Source: Balanoglossus misakiensis (taxonomy: Eukaryota; Animalia; Hemichordata). Taken from it: a stretch of 64,000 nucleotides of DNA. The translations under genes were made by a program, and so were the position numbers. Below are positions 36,521 through 51,777 of this stretch, piece after piece (position 1 is the stretch's first letter; each line of letters opens with the position of its first letter). The stretch covers positions 5,690,509-5,754,508 of the forward strand of contig CM082586.2 of assembly GCA_040954595.2 (NCBI GenBank). The letters are read 5' to 3'. The notes under the pieces were generated by a model that saw only the letters and a list, made by a program, of their open reading frames with translations, did no database searches and was not told the origin of the DNA.

Positions 36521-39500
36521 AACCTTCCTATATCCACTTAAAAGTTATCTTTGACATAGTTATGCCATGTTATACGGCCCTTGGAAAAGCGAAACACGGG
36601 ATTCCAAGCACAAACAGTCGTGCCCGAGGCAGCTGTCACATGTTTATAATTTCCTGTACTGACGAAACCGATCTCTCTATCTCCTGTAAGCGTTTCTACG
36701 TATTAAGGCGCCGATAGCTTCAATGAAAACACATCGATACATATAAATTGGGACTTATTATAACTGAAAAGCAGCAACAATGGGAGGGTTAGTTGTTCGT
36801 GTCCCTAGGTATAAGGCATCTCATTACATATCTTTATTAACAGTGTTCTTATCGATTCATTTGCGATGATAAAGTATGATAGTAAACAACTTTAGTGTAA
36901 AAAATTTTAATAAACCAATTTTGAACGGACACTAGCGCTACTACAGCGATTTATCATATCCGTATCTCATGGTGTAGTTCACGCTTCGCTTTGCATTGCA
37001 AGCCGTGGGACGCTTTCTTTTTGCGAAGGTATTGATAAGCCAGATGCAGCGGTATGATGCGGAATAGACTTGTTTCAAAATGTGGACCGCACTACCGGGT
37101 TTCGTTAAATATTCGCATTTGATACGTTATCGCATTACTACAGAAGATGAAATACAAAGAAAATATCCATCTGACCTGATTTCGCATAATTGAGGTCACT
37201 TTTTTATTCTTCTTTTTTTATATACATTGAATTAATTTATATCTTTATCGCGTGATGTACTATTCGAGCCTATTTTAGGTCACGAGATGAGTTCCGACAT
37301 ATTACCGATTGTTCTAGGTACATGGAAACTGATACTTAAATTTTGGCACAAAAAGTATTTACGTGTACCAAACAGAAGTAAAATGCTATTCTAGGGAATG
37401 TTAAAAGCTTGTCCTTGTAGTAAAGGAACAAAAAGAATAGGTTAGAGAATGCCTGAAATGGGAAAACCAACAATTTTCTCCATGTTGCCCTGATCTCAAT
37501 TACCAATGACAACCATAGTTGGTATAAACATTAGGAATAAATAAACTTCGTCCAAACACTATGTTAATTGCTCTGATTTTATTTTCATTTTGCAAACTTT
37601 GTTTCTGTGAAGGCGGAATTCTTTACAAAAGACTTTCAGCATTGCCTTTTTACCATCTTCAAATTTACCTATTTTAGACCAAAATATATTTTGGTTCCTG
37701 TGATTTTATTGACAGATACAAGAATATTCTTTATCAGGAAATTTGATATCATGACAATTTCCTTTGGCGTGAAATGGGTAATACAATAACACATGATTTT
37801 TATTTCATCAATATTTTGCGCACAAAAATTCGATTTTGTAACTTGGCTAGTAAATATAATTTGCATCACAGCCGTTAAGGCCATGGAAATTTTTTATAGA
37901 TCTGTATATTGAACCATCAAGTTGGTGCATTTCAAAATAATAATATCAGCAGAAAATTGCGAGAAATATTGATTGTCGATTTTTTTAGTTATATACTAGA
38001 AGTATACTTGGATTTGCCACTTGACTAAGTTTTGTGATTGCAATATGAAATCGCGACACATGGAGAGAGTCAGTGATACTTTTATCTGATATGATGTCTA
38101 ACCCAGCAAAATAACAGAATAATCAGCTTACCACCAGTAAGCTTCGAAGGTATTCATCTTACGCGGGGCAATCCGATTATACATTGCTAGATCTCAAAAG
38201 AAATACTCTAACCCTGCAAGAGACACTTGTGTGTAGATGACCAATCCTGTTTTCCCAGCCTGCCCATTACACACGCGCCATCCAGCGGGATTTCTTACAT
38301 TAACACGCTGTTTTCATTTGCGAACTAATTCCTCCTTTCATACATGTATTCACCATAATCCTTCCTTGAAGTTCCATTATAGGAAACTGCAACTGTCGAT
38401 ACGAAGATTGGGTTTATAACAGCCGTATGGGACTTTTGCCTATAATCTCCCGTCAGCAACAAACTGTAGTCGGCAGAGAAACACTGAAACGTGATACATG
38501 CACTTAAATTCAGTGTTACCGTGATCAGTAAGATTAGTGAATTCTTTGTGTTGAAGGGAAAAGAAAATATCCGAGTACGTTAAAGGTGCAAGTTTTAATG
38601 AACTTTGCGCTGGTCTATATTTGGAATAACGATACTTAAACAAGCTGTGCAATAATGTTTATGAAATTAAATTGTACATGTACAGTTGGCTGTAAAGAGA
38701 AATTGCGAAAACGTCAAGAAAATACTGATACCTTGACAGATGATGGATAAGTGTATGTTTTATATGCCAACATTTCGGCGAATACATCACATGCTTTGAC
38801 GTAACGTTTTCTCTGTTGTGACATTTCGATATGATTTAAAACTTTGCTCATGTTAGCAAATATCCCAATTAAAGAACATTCAATATTCCTGTAATTGCTT
38901 TGCAAAGCAAACAAAAACATGTTTCTTTCCTTTTAAACCAATTGCGAATTGTTAACTTATATGAAAAGACATAAAAATTTAGGTTTTCATATTATGGTTT
39001 GAAGTTGGACCATCAGAAGCAATATTTTCAATGAGACTTGCCATTATCTGAAATGGAAAACATCATACACTTTTGTTTCTGTCTAATGTGTCGCCCGTCT
39101 GCTCATGTCGTTGAGCTCGCAGGTGTTCCATTTTGTTCAAATGCCATTTTTTGTTCGTTAAAGCAACCTATATTGACAAGTCAATATATTAGCTTACATG
39201 TTTAAAATAATTCAATAATGCCATACATTTGTCAATTGAAGACATTCGCTCTGTGATCAACAATGACGTGTATTAGCAATAGATAGGGCCAATTAAGCCA
39301 TATCTACACCGTACTTTGGTGGTTTTTGTCATGTGATATATGTATCAGTCAAACTTCAAACTTTTGATGGAAAAGTATAGGTAGTAAGTTGATGTACTGA
39401 ACCTGCGAAACAGCCAAACTTTTAGATTCTATTCAAGGAACCCGTGCCATTAAATAACATGATAGATAAGTCAGGCAGGTTGATTGGCATACATTAAACT

Positions 39501-42500
39501 TTTCCTGACTTCGGTCAAGAGGTCATCTAAAAGAACATATCCGTGGATATAATTTAGAGGAAGATTAGTACCATGCAGTATTATGTGTCGTGTCTAAATA
39601 GTCATTCTCTCACATTCACATTCAATCCACCTTTTAATTGGCAGCTGTATAGAGAAAGCAGTTGTCACTTCTCTAAAACAACACAGCACTGTGATTACTT
39701 AACCTTTTAAATTAGATTTTCTTGACAGTTATATAAAACTTAGTTCCAAAGCGATATTCACTATTTTGGGGATGGCTGGATACTGGAAATTCTGGTAAAC
39801 AACTAGAACATGAAAATATGTATTGTATTGGAAGGGAAAATCATAGTGGCATCAGGAGATAACATTACTGATTTTTGCTGCTACTTTCCCCCAGTAAATC
39901 ATGACATAAGGCAAACAAATTCGTCAGTGAGAGATGAAAGGCATTTCCTTCACTAATTACTCACTGACAGAACCCTAAGCAGAAAAGCTAAACAAATTCA
40001 TGTCCTTTTTCTATGCACCTAAAACAGATCCACAAATTTTAATGAGAAAACTGCTGCATTATTACCTGGCAGTCCACAGCCTGAAAAAGTGCAAGCAAAT
40101 AATGTACCACATCTAATTTTTTCAATAATAAACAGGAATAAAAATATGTCTTGTGTACACTTATATGCGCTATTCAACATTGTTTATCAGAGCTGACACA
40201 AAGAAATCAAATGCGAACAATGTAAACGCGTGAACAAATTTAAATTTTTCTGACGAAATAGGAAAGTTATGAGTTTCATTGATTACCGTCAGTACATCAA
40301 TAAAGTATTGGGTAAAAATAGATTTGTAGGTTTTGCATTAGACACGTAGTCATCGAAAAATGCCGAAGGAAACTTACCACACCTAAAAAACGTGGTTGAA
40401 ATCACACTTGGTTTTGTATAAGCAATTGATCAATTCACCTGAAAATGGGGCATCCGTTCATGTTTACCAAACCCACTACAAATATTTAAATGAACCATGG
40501 GGATTAAAATCGACACTGGCTGTGAAATGAAAGATAGTGGCCACTCAGCACAATGAATGTTATTTGCGTCCAGTGAGTATTTTTCTAAGAGGTCCCTTAC
40601 TGCACTGATAGAATTGCTTGTCGTCATGGAGCAGTGAACCTTATAAAATCGGGGAAATGGCTTCAAATTAACCACTTTGTGTCTCATTCACGAAGTCCTT
40701 GTGACTTGCTAATCTCGTAATGTGTATTATTTTAGATCTCTCGAAACACGTTTAGAGGAAATTAACTATTACATTAGAGCCTTTCCGTTAATAAAACTGC
40801 TTTCTAAAATTACTTGTTTAATATTGAGCTACTGGATGACTGCAGTACACCCCATTCCGTTTCTGCACGAACAACGTGACAAACTCTGCATGTGTTTTAA
40901 CATTCGCCGTTCGAAAAAAGTATGGTTGAGAGCTGTGACATGAGATTTAAGAGGTAAATATTTCGCCCCTGAGAACAAATCGCAATATGGGTTATAATAA
41001 GTACATGTACCTGTAGAATGCTTCTTTGAATACAAGAATAATAAGAAGAGGTTTAGTTCTCATTACTAAATGCATCGCTATGACAGTGATTGATAAAATA
41101 ATGACATAATGACTGACTGACTGGAATGAGAACGAGTAGACACTATAATGAGCCTGACATGATCTTTCACAACTGTACTGCCAGCCTTATGCAAAAATGG
41201 TTAGGGATGCTCTTGCAAGTCTTAAGTTCTGAATTAACTCGCAACAAAATATATGTTGACTAAACAATGGTCACGATTTTTCACACTTTTTGGGGTTTCT
41301 CTGGGACATTTACCCAACTAACCACCCTCAATTAACTTCAGCTAACCCTAGCCCTAACTGATGGGAAGGAATATCCATGTGTAAATCTCCAAAGGTAACC
41401 CTTCTGATACACTTCGGGTTAACAAACAGGTTAAAAATTGCTCTGATGTTGAATGTGAAAGGAATGGTTGATGAAGGTAATAATGTCTGTTCAAAGGGAA
41501 ATATACCGCGCATGACAGAGTTCACAAAATCGACTTCCAGGAATACGGGTATTGCTAATGGAGGTTACATTGACTCGACATATCGTCACACCCTCGTTAA
41601 AATCGTCCGTTTTCCTAAACCATTCGATATAAAAAAATCAACATTTTCTATATACGTTTATTTGGCTTCGACGGTGAATTCGATCAATCCAGATGTTTAA
41701 GAAAGGGAAAATGTGTAAGGTTGCCTCAACAGTAAAGGAGAATTTCGCACTTCAATTTCTATTGGAGAGGTCAAAGGTGAATCCATTAGGCTGTGCATCT
41801 ATTTTCCATTTACTGATCCAAAGTGTAGTCGAGAATTTTTGGAATTAAAACCATTGATGTGATCAACGGTGCGATGGCTGGCAGCTGTGCATTTAAATAA
41901 AGCGAAGTCTTTGAGGATTATAGTACTCGGAGGAATCCGGAGGAAACTCGCTCTGTGATAAAAGGGTAGCTGTCCCCCTCCCATTTCATGGGATTCAACT
42001 ATAATGATGTCCAGTACAGTGACCAGTTTACTGGGGACAGCTGCTTTAACTTTTAATTATATGTTCAGTAGTTTAGTCAGAGTATCCACTACAGTGTATT
42101 TTTCTACTCTGTATGCCGTGTATGTGTATGCATATTCAGTCTGTATATGTATGTATAACCAGCAATGATAATGTTGACAATTGAATTTTGAGTCCGGACC
42201 TGGTTTGATGTGTTTGGATCCGTCTCAGCACATACGTCACATACACTACTGCTTGAATACATTGATCCGCAGCTATTGTCAAAATGTTCATGTAAAGCTA
42301 AGCTCATGTTAAAGTGGATAAAACTCCATGATATGTTAGTAATCTAAGCAATTTGGACAACACGATTCCTCAGTATCCTGTGGTGACAACCTTTCTCATG
42401 TATGTTCGCATAGTCAAACTAACCCAGGCGACTGTAAAAGGTTGATAGAGATATATAGACACAGAACATATAATTATCTAATAACTAGAATCCAAATTAA

Positions 42501-44985
42501 CCAAACATTATTTGTTATTGAACTGATATTACGTTTGGAAAGCAGTTCTTACTTTGAATACAATCTGCCTTTACCATATTTATTTCATTTATATCAGGAA
42601 ATTTTGTTCGATTTAAATCGATGATTCTATTGAGCTCGCTTTAATACTGCGTCTGTTTCTGTAGATTAATAAGAGAATAATGCAATGCTATTTTTACTCA
42701 GATAGTCTGGTCTTTGTACAATAATTATGTCATTATATGAACTATCTCCCTAAAATAGCATATGAAGTCACCTCAAGGAAAACATGGTGGATAATTTTGC
42801 CTTGTGACTGTGATATCTTTCAGTTAATGTCATCTTCTTCTGTTAAGTGTTAACGCCCCACCGAGTGGCAAACATCTCATATAGTGCCAATATTTACAAA
42901 GAATAATTGGCTTCGTTATTTTCAGCAACGGATGGAATTAGTGCTTCAGTAAATTCCAAACGAATAAGGACAGGCGATATAAGTACTACTTATTAGTATA
43001 AATTGATTTGAAGTTTTGACATGCTATATATTATTTAGAAATAAAATTTGGTTTTTGTTTACAGTCACGTTAAGACATTAGCAACTGACTACACGTCAGA
43101 CCTGTGTGGAAGTTTGGCAACCTTCCTTAAACACTGCAGAGGCAAAGATCACCTATGTAACAAAAACAACCAAACGTACAAATACATACAGACGGAAATT
43201 ATTGAAGAATTATGTCACACGAGCCTCTTGCCGTCAAAGTGACGATGGTAGTCCCAAATATAAAGAAATTATATAGGGAGAGTATTCATACGCGAAGTGC
43301 GAATTTTACAAGAAAGTTTGATCGCCGTGTCGATGGCTTAATTTTGTTAATTTGTTGAGTTGGGACGTGTCTACGAACTGTTCAGTAATGAGGCACGTGC
43401 CTAATTGGGAAATTATGAAGGTACGTGTTACGATATCACAGCCGAGACTCTCGCATTACTCTTCTGATAAACGCTGGAGATAACGCCCATTAAAAGAACA
43501 GCTCAGCAGGTTAGGATGATTGTTTGACAAACGATTGGATGTGTCAGCAGAAAAAGGTCAATAAAATGTGCATTAATTAACACTAAATATCCACCAAGAG
43601 AAAAAAAAGTATGTACGGTATACATGTATCGGTATGTATGTCATTTTTGAAATCCGCTGTTCGTGTGCCTGTTAAATATAATATTAATCCCAGCTTATTT
43701 TTCTGTCGCCTGCCCCTGGTGTTTGTTTTGTAGATATCCAGTTCTCTTATATCGGATATAATATGGGAATTAGGCCAGGAAACGGGTGCCTAATAATATT
43801 CGAATATTTTGTCTGCCCATGTTAAGTCGCAACTAAAAAACAGATGTCACTGTAAGACGCTTTTTCTAAATCCCTTTCAAAGCTTGTTAATTCGCCATCG
43901 TACTGTCTGTTTGTTTTAAATCTCCCATGCTCTCGTTGTTGAATGTTTGTATAAATAAGCAGGTGTGTGAATATTCTATTGATGGAAATCAATTTAAATA
44001 CATTTTCAGAGGAATACTGACACGAGTTGTCTATTTTAGACAGTGGATGATTGAAACCTAATTATATGTAAATGTCACCTGCTAAATATTCAAATTTGCC
44101 TTGTGATGCATTTTGCCATGCATAGAACGTACCACACAATCCTACGGCTATACTTATCACACTTTATGTTCACATGTTGTATGGAGTATCCCCAAAGGTT
44201 ATGTGAATTGCTTTTGTTACTAATATTATGCAAGTTATATTTCATAAGGGGAATAGGATCCTTAGATACATTTACTTTTCGGGAGATTCATCGTTGAATG
44301 GTGCAATAATCTGTGCACTTTCCAGTTGTGTATGGAATTCGCTCCAACCTTATTTACGTGCAATGATTATCGTGAACTATATCAACATTCTACAAACTCC
44401 AATATCAGTACATTGACATTTTTAAAATTGCTCATTTATAACATTCAATAAATTAGACACAGTAGTGCGCTCGTATTTTGTTTCACCTAACAGGTCGACA
44501 TTTTATATCCTTGTTTATTAATGCCATAAATACCTGTGGCTTTAACATGTCAATAGACAAAAGACTCCCCTGAGTTGAGATAAAGGACTTGTCAATAAAA
44601 TAGCAATTCATTGTTTACAGATCAAACAGGTGATACTGCGATCCCTCTGCGCATAAAATTGGAGTATTATAAGATCCTATGACTGACAGCAGTAGGCACA
44701 ACCCACTCTACTATCTGTGTGATATATTGTGCAATGCAAATTGGTGTTTAGTTTTCAATCATGATTTGTGACCTGACGCTCCAGCTGATGCGTCAGCCCT
44801 TGTCGATTAACCTTATCTCTATTACATCTTTGTTCTCGCTGGGTAACACTAAGCAGATTCAGCATTCTGTAAAATTGTTCTGACTGGACTGACAGAGACA
44901 TGGTGGCAGGCTTAATTTAAAATACAACAGTTATTTGGGGCTGTTGTTCTTTGATTGGAGAAGGATATTAGTACCGGTATGCATT

Positions 44986-45021
44986 TATGCAGAACTAAAC
45001 AACTAAATATGCAGAACTAAA
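44986..45021. repeat. Short direct repeat TATGCAGAACTAAA x2 (period 22)
   Basis: Copies at 44986-44999 and 45008-45021. Confidence 0.8.
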
Positions 45022-48000
45022 TTCGTCGACGTTACTGGGAATAGAAGACATCATTAGTAATGCCAAAAAGCACATTTTCGATTCAAACACATCTGAACTA
45101 TGCATATGGAGGCATGGCTGCAAATGGCTAGGATATTAAAACAATCGTAAACAACATGTCCGTGACATCAAAGAATGGAAGGCAGCCACCAATATGTCAC
45201 TGACCTGACTTTTGCGTCTGCTGTGTTCCATATATCGCACAGTTTCAGTTTAAGACTAGCAGATGGATGCATCGAAATATGAATTTTTCATTTACCATGT
45301 AAGATTAGGTATGGAGACTCACCATATAAAAGTCTGCAGCTACACATATCTGGCATTCCATAACAGTGTGTGTAGTAAGCTCACCCTCGCATGATTAGCA
45401 TATATACATCGATGGCATCAGACAACAGATGGCCGACTTGATGAATGGTTTGACATACTGCTAATGCCACAAACGTCAAACCTGTCTGTTTCAAATGGAT
45501 TTCGAAGCGCCAGTAGAAATAGGGTAGTTTAAACTAGCGCATACATATTATATCTTGTATTTGGCATCTCAATATATCATTTTTCATCAAATTCCATCGC
45601 ATGTACCGGTATGTTGGTTAATGTAACCCAGGGCTCCCTACTAAGCTTATAGGACTCTCAATGTTTCGGGGCGCCATACGCTGTATTAAAAATAGATTGC
45701 ACTTGTCTACCAGAATTCGAGATCATAATGTCTAGATCAAACTAATGTGACTTTCAACACTGAATGTTCACACAATGATGGTGCTGGTGATCTTTCCGCG
45801 AATCATTAGGAAGACAAAATAACTCGCCCATGAGCCACATAGGCACATTCAGCAAGTGCGGAAATCCTTACATAGATTTTGCCGTATATACTTTGCATTA
45901 TCCATAGTGTAAGTAAAGGTTTAATGGTAGCGTGTACTCTTGGAACATACCCAGATAGCTAGACCTCACTAGAAAAATTAATTATTTATATTGAGTTCTG
46001 ATGCCTTATTTAAACGACCAAAGCAAAGAAATGTCACCAGTATATCAATGAAGTGTTATATGTTAAAATGGGTCTTAATTTTCACATTTCCCTTGTAGTT
46101 GCCTGGACACGACAGACTCCTGGCCCATATAGACAAATGTCTGATATCTTTTAAGTCTAAGAATTAACAAATAATTTGCATTTGACCAAAAGGCATAACT
46201 TGGAGACTTGATTGCTGTTGGCAATCTCCAAAATAAGAGTTTGTGGAGAGTATATAATCAAGATTTGAAAAAGAATAATGCATATTATATAGTTTCATTT
46301 CACGTGATGGAAAAAAATGACGAGATCACTTAAACCAAATACATTGCTACGGAATATTTCCATGGCAATATCAACCAAGCAAGACTTTATGAGCCATTCC
46401 ATTTTTAATGGAGAAGAAATTGAAGTGGATAGGAAATACACACTTGCTGTAAAATAGATCTTCCAGGCTTTGGCTTATAAGAGGATATAGACCATGTTGA
46501 TTATAAATTCATATGTTCAGACAGCGAAACACGTAGTATTTTGATCTTTGTAGAAAAGAGGATTACTTCGAAATTCAAAATAATATCCACCTGTTGGCAT
46601 AGATACAATTGCATAGACTCCCAAACAAAAACACTATGTCGCTATGCAAGGAGATATTATTTTAAGCAATGCTTTCAGTGTGCTTATCACCACCCTCTGA
46701 TACTATCTACCAAAGATTCCGATCGCATTGTTAGGCCTCTGTGTCGAGGAGTGAATTTTGAAACTGACATTCAGGTAATGACCCTAGCTGCAAACATCAT
46801 GTACCCCGGTATATACTCACCATTGAGTTTTTCTTTTGTTTATATTGTGGCTGTCACAGCGGCCGCACCTAGTCGTTGGAGAACACTTCTAACTAAAATG
46901 GCACAGCTGATAGTTTTGACGTATATCACAAATCCGAGAATGTGCGGAGCATGAACATTCCTTTAAGCTTGGTTCCAGTGACAACGTGGCCAAGTACGAT
47001 ATGAAACGTTTGTCACTTACATACAATTAACGATATACATGTATCTTAGATCAAATGTAACCTTTTCAAAGACAGTCAGTGGTATGTTTTTTCTGATGTT
47101 GAGGAAAGGGCAATTTTAATACTGGGTGAATATGTTGAGTGATTGTAACTTTATCGGCTGCTCAAATCCAATCACTCATTGATGGCAAATGTCTTCGTTG
47201 GGGAAAGGGCGGCATTTTACATTGGATCACAGGTGGTACTGTTTATTCGGAATGTTTACCCTTAACTAGTGCAGTGGTTGGATCAATACTGTATATTAAA
47301 ACAGGCCACAATGTCGTTGAGCTCACCTGTGCTCTTGTGTTGAATGTAGGAGAACACTTTCGGTCGCGGTCGATAGAAGTCATCTGCCGAGATATGCAAT
47401 GTGGTCGATAATGTGCTCATGGACCACGCTGAAGCATTGGCGGTCTGAAGTGAATGCAAAAGGTATTATCGATCTCCCCATCATTCTTCCGCAATGCAAA
47501 AGTTAACCTTTTTTTACAGATCACTTTGATGTTATAAATGGATTTATCTTGGACAACCATAAAACGGGGTTGTACCCCTAGCAATAAGTGTCAGAAAGGC
47601 CTAGAGTCACTCAAGCATGATTGTATCAAAATAGGTTTGGTGTGGTTTTGGAAAAATGAGATACATTGAACTAAATTGTCTAATTAAATAAAACGGAACG
47701 CTTGGGGTTTTGTGTCAGTGCAGACCAAATTAGCGGCGTGTAATCTTACTTCCAGCCACTCTGTGCGATATTCATCTTGCGTGAGGGTTGAGATCAGCAC
47801 TCAGAATGTGGTTAATGTCCATTTGATGAGGAATTAATGTGACCAGGCAATTCCAGGGCAATTTCTTGGAATAGCAAATTGTCACAGCGTTTGCCTAGAG
47901 GTGACGTACTATGCATACAGCATAAGTTTCTGGGTCAAAGAGTCAACGGCACGTTTTACCTGAGAGGGTATTTTTTTGCAATCTATAGTATGGTATATTA

Positions 48001-51000
48001 TACCCACAAGCCAAGACACCACGTAATTTTTCCCTGTGATTACATTAACCTAGATCGAAGCACAGTATGTTATGATTGGAATGAGTTATTTCAAATCAAA
48101 CATGATCTCACTCACAGTGACTTGAGAACATTCGGTTAAAAGTAACACATTGTTTTCCTGCTCTCTCACCATGCTGATATTGATGGAGATGACGTATCCA
48201 TATACAGAAGTAGTTTGTTTTTCATATAAATGTACTTTCTAAAAGCGAAACCCCAAATGAATTTGTGAACATGAACAGTATAGAAAAAGTCAAGGGATGC
48301 GGCTGGATCAAAGGCTTCAGCTATTGTTAATTCACACCTTTCTCTCACTATGAATAAAACATCACAGATATCACCAGTTTCCCGTGGATACTGATATATG
48401 AACCTTTCTATTGGTAAGCGTATGACAAGGACATTGACTTCTCCGGGGGATATTTAAAGTGTTTCTAGGGGATCCTATGATATCCAAGACTCAAATTTTA
48501 CCTGGTGTCCTTAAACTGTGCAGTTTAATCTATTTCTGTACCAATCATGCTAAGAAACTATTTCCGTCTCCAATTTTCTTTACTTTTGAACATTACTGAG
48601 GCGCAAAACTGAGGTTGCAGGCTATATTTTACACTTTGCAGCCAGAAGCAGAGAAATTAAGCCATATTTATAGTTTTCCAGTCGCCACATTTGCTGGGTC
48701 ATGTACTATACTTTGTAATTGAGTATTATACAAGGTTTCTAGAAATCGTGGTGCCCGCTGGCACATGTCTGTAATTTCACTTCTGAATGTGATAAAATTT
48801 TATTGATTGCTATCTGTTTGCAAAAAATGGCCTTATCTGTGAAGTTCTGTGATTTGCAGGTCGAAGCAATCACAGGAAAACATTCAAACCGGTTTTATTT
48901 GGCCAAACCAGTACAATAAAAATTGACAGTATAAGCGGATACGATAGCATTTATCACATCCATAACTTACAGTGTGACAGCAATTATGAAAACACATACT
49001 GCGCGAATGAATGAAGTCAGTTGTTTTCGAAGATTTTGGCTGACAGAAAATATTCAAAATCATTTTTACACCATCATGAATGTTGATTTTGGAAGAATTT
49101 AGAGACTTGCCTTGGCCATGATACACACTGTACAATGTTTTCAAAGAAATCTTTTGCAGTAATTGACAAAGTTACATATGTCGTTAGGGTATGGATATTC
49201 TTGTTCATGAATATCTAATATCAATTGCCCCTAAACCTTTACTCTATGGCGCAATTGGAGAGGTCAAATCTCTTTGATGTGTGTCAAGTATACAATGGCA
49301 TTTTCAGGAGTCTAGGACGGAAGAATGCAATACTGGGTTAATGGTTTAACCGATGATTTAGTGGTCAAGGGTTTGATTTTCTGAACAAGTTCATGAACTT
49401 TCGCAATGTGTGAATAGTAGTTTTTTTGTGTAGAATACCTCACTCAAATACAGTCCGAACCATAATTCAGTTTCTGTATACACTGCACGGTATTGCTAGC
49501 TTTCATGTTGCCGGCGGAGATGTTGCTGGCATGCCATTGTGCTGGTAGCAGTGTTTAATCATCTAAATGCCTGTGGTGCGCAGACCACGATTCAACAAAA
49601 CAAAAAGCTGCTACAGTGGGGGACCGATTTGAATTCTGGGCCAGGGCCCCCGCACACATGTTATTATTCGCAGGTAGACTACTGTCGCAATTAAAAGAAC
49701 CAATTTCGAAGCCTAGGGCTACTGAACATACTTACGGTGTCTCTTTGTTCCATATTCCCAGCCTTCGGCGCAAGATATTGTGGTTATTATTTCTGAATCG
49801 GATGAATGGAAAGCACATACGATGAAAACGTGCAAATGACGCCTGGCTCAGGATATCGAATCAAATGCGGTAAAGGACGAGATTTTTTTTTCAAAGTAAA
49901 GGAAGATTGTGTACCAAAATTGTACCAAAATCAGAGCTTGGTGAAGAAATGGGTTTATGTAGCATGATTCACGAATCCCTGGTATATAAACATAATGTGA
50001 GCTTATGGCTATAACATGCTCTCACTTTTCAGCTTTGGGACATTGTGTTTTTTGTGTGTGTGTGGCACTAGATGGAATTTCGAATTCAATTTGAAAGTAC
50101 GGCATCGATACACAAAGCGAAACCTCCTGGTTACCATCCGCAGCGGAGTAACCGCAAATCAAATAATTGTCATCCAGGCATATGCACACGTCATTTCTTT
50201 CTCACACCCGTACGTTTCCAACATGCATGAAATCAAGTGTTCATAGGGTACATTAAATCTTCCTACATTTGCCTGAGAGGTATGCACTGATGGGAATGGA
50301 AGAGATGGCGCCAAAATGTGCGTCCTTGTCTGCAGGGCTTCAACCGAACGGCGTGGATCAGGAAGATTAGTTTTCCATCTGTCACTTTACTGGAGAGCAA
50401 TATGCTTGCGAGCAATTCACCATTTCATGGTAGGTTAACTTAGCCAGGTGAAACGAAAAGGTAATAAGAGTTTGTGAAATTGAAATATAAGTCAATAATG
50501 AGGACAGAAGACACCTTCGCCGAATTACCCATGATATTTTGTCGATCATTTGATTCATCCACCCCAAAAAACCGAGCTCCACACACTCAACCTCCCACTT
50601 TCTTAGTTTCCTATTTCTCTGAGTAAGAGTTTGAAATTATTCCCATGAATATTTATTCAAACCACTTGCGGGTATATTGATAACAGTAGAATTATTTTCA
50701 CATTCTTCCTGGACACTATGAATTCCCTGCTCTTTTTTTACAAACTGGATATGTCAAGGAACCTCTTGATTTATCACAAAAGGAATGAAAGATGTTTTAG
50801 GTTGCATTATTTATGCCTATACCATTTGCTTGTAGCAGGTTATTAAATTTTTGTCAATTTGAAGAGAAATTGAAATCAGATTCCAATACATTAGGACAAA
50901 ACGTGTATTCAAATGTTACAGCCTCGACTATAATTGTGGATATTCGTTTTCATTTGTTGTGTTATTAGTTTCAAAGACTTTTTGAGGATATGAAAATACA

Positions 51001-51569
51001 GCACCAGATAAAAGTTTGAAGTGATCTGTAACTCAATTAAAATGCATGCAGATGCAGAACAAGGAAAATCTCAGCCTGCCCAATTTTGTAGAGTCGAGCA
51101 CTTAAAATAGATAGTCGCTCGAGGAAACGGAAAATAATTTGAACAAACTGGCTGCAGCTATAAGATAAAAAGGTAAGTGATATCCATTATGAAATGATCC
51201 TATTCATTCGAGCAATTGTGACGTTGAAGACATTTCAAAAGATACCGTCTAGCCCATTAGGGGTGCATGCCTGTTTCATAATAGCTTAGGAAAAATTGAC
51301 TGTCAATTTCCGAGAGAGTATATGAAGTCTGATGTTGGATCTCTCTTACAGGCATGGCCGATGTAAAGATGCCCATTGACAAGTACGCATTTCCCATTGA
51401 AAAGGGATATCCGAAGCTCCTTTCAAGGAACGAAACAGCCTCTCAGCTGGTTCCCCCACAGATGTTTTAATAGCTAATGACCCACCGACCATGTAAATCG
51501 ATCCTTCTTGTAAATGGAAACATCCAATCCTGCCATAAACTTGCTGCTACCTGTTAAAATGCCAGAGAC

Positions 51570-51777
51570 TTAAAGGGCCACGATCTACATAATGTCTGGT
51601 TAATTTTTCAGAGTATTTTTTTGTTTTACAGACCAAATGGATTTTCTTGTTCTCCTCCTTACATAATATGCCAAATGGCTACTTTCAGCTCATGTGTATG
51701 TCTGTTGGCATTGTAATTGGTGACAAAAACGCATTCCAGTCAGTCTTGAATACAATTTTTGAAAAATAACAATGCCA
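51570..51777 (+). mobile_element. Degenerate non-autonomous (MITE-like) DNA transposon fragment with a TTAA-AGGG terminus and internal palindrome
   Basis: Begins TTAA|AGGGCCACGATCTACAT, 18/21 identical to the reverse complement ending at 36349. Imperfect palindrome at 51706-51777 (outer arms 12/13). Classification is inferred. Confidence 0.4.

Noticed and set aside
46541-46954. 137-aa plus-strand ORF
   Set aside because: TTG start, random-looking composition, no domain.
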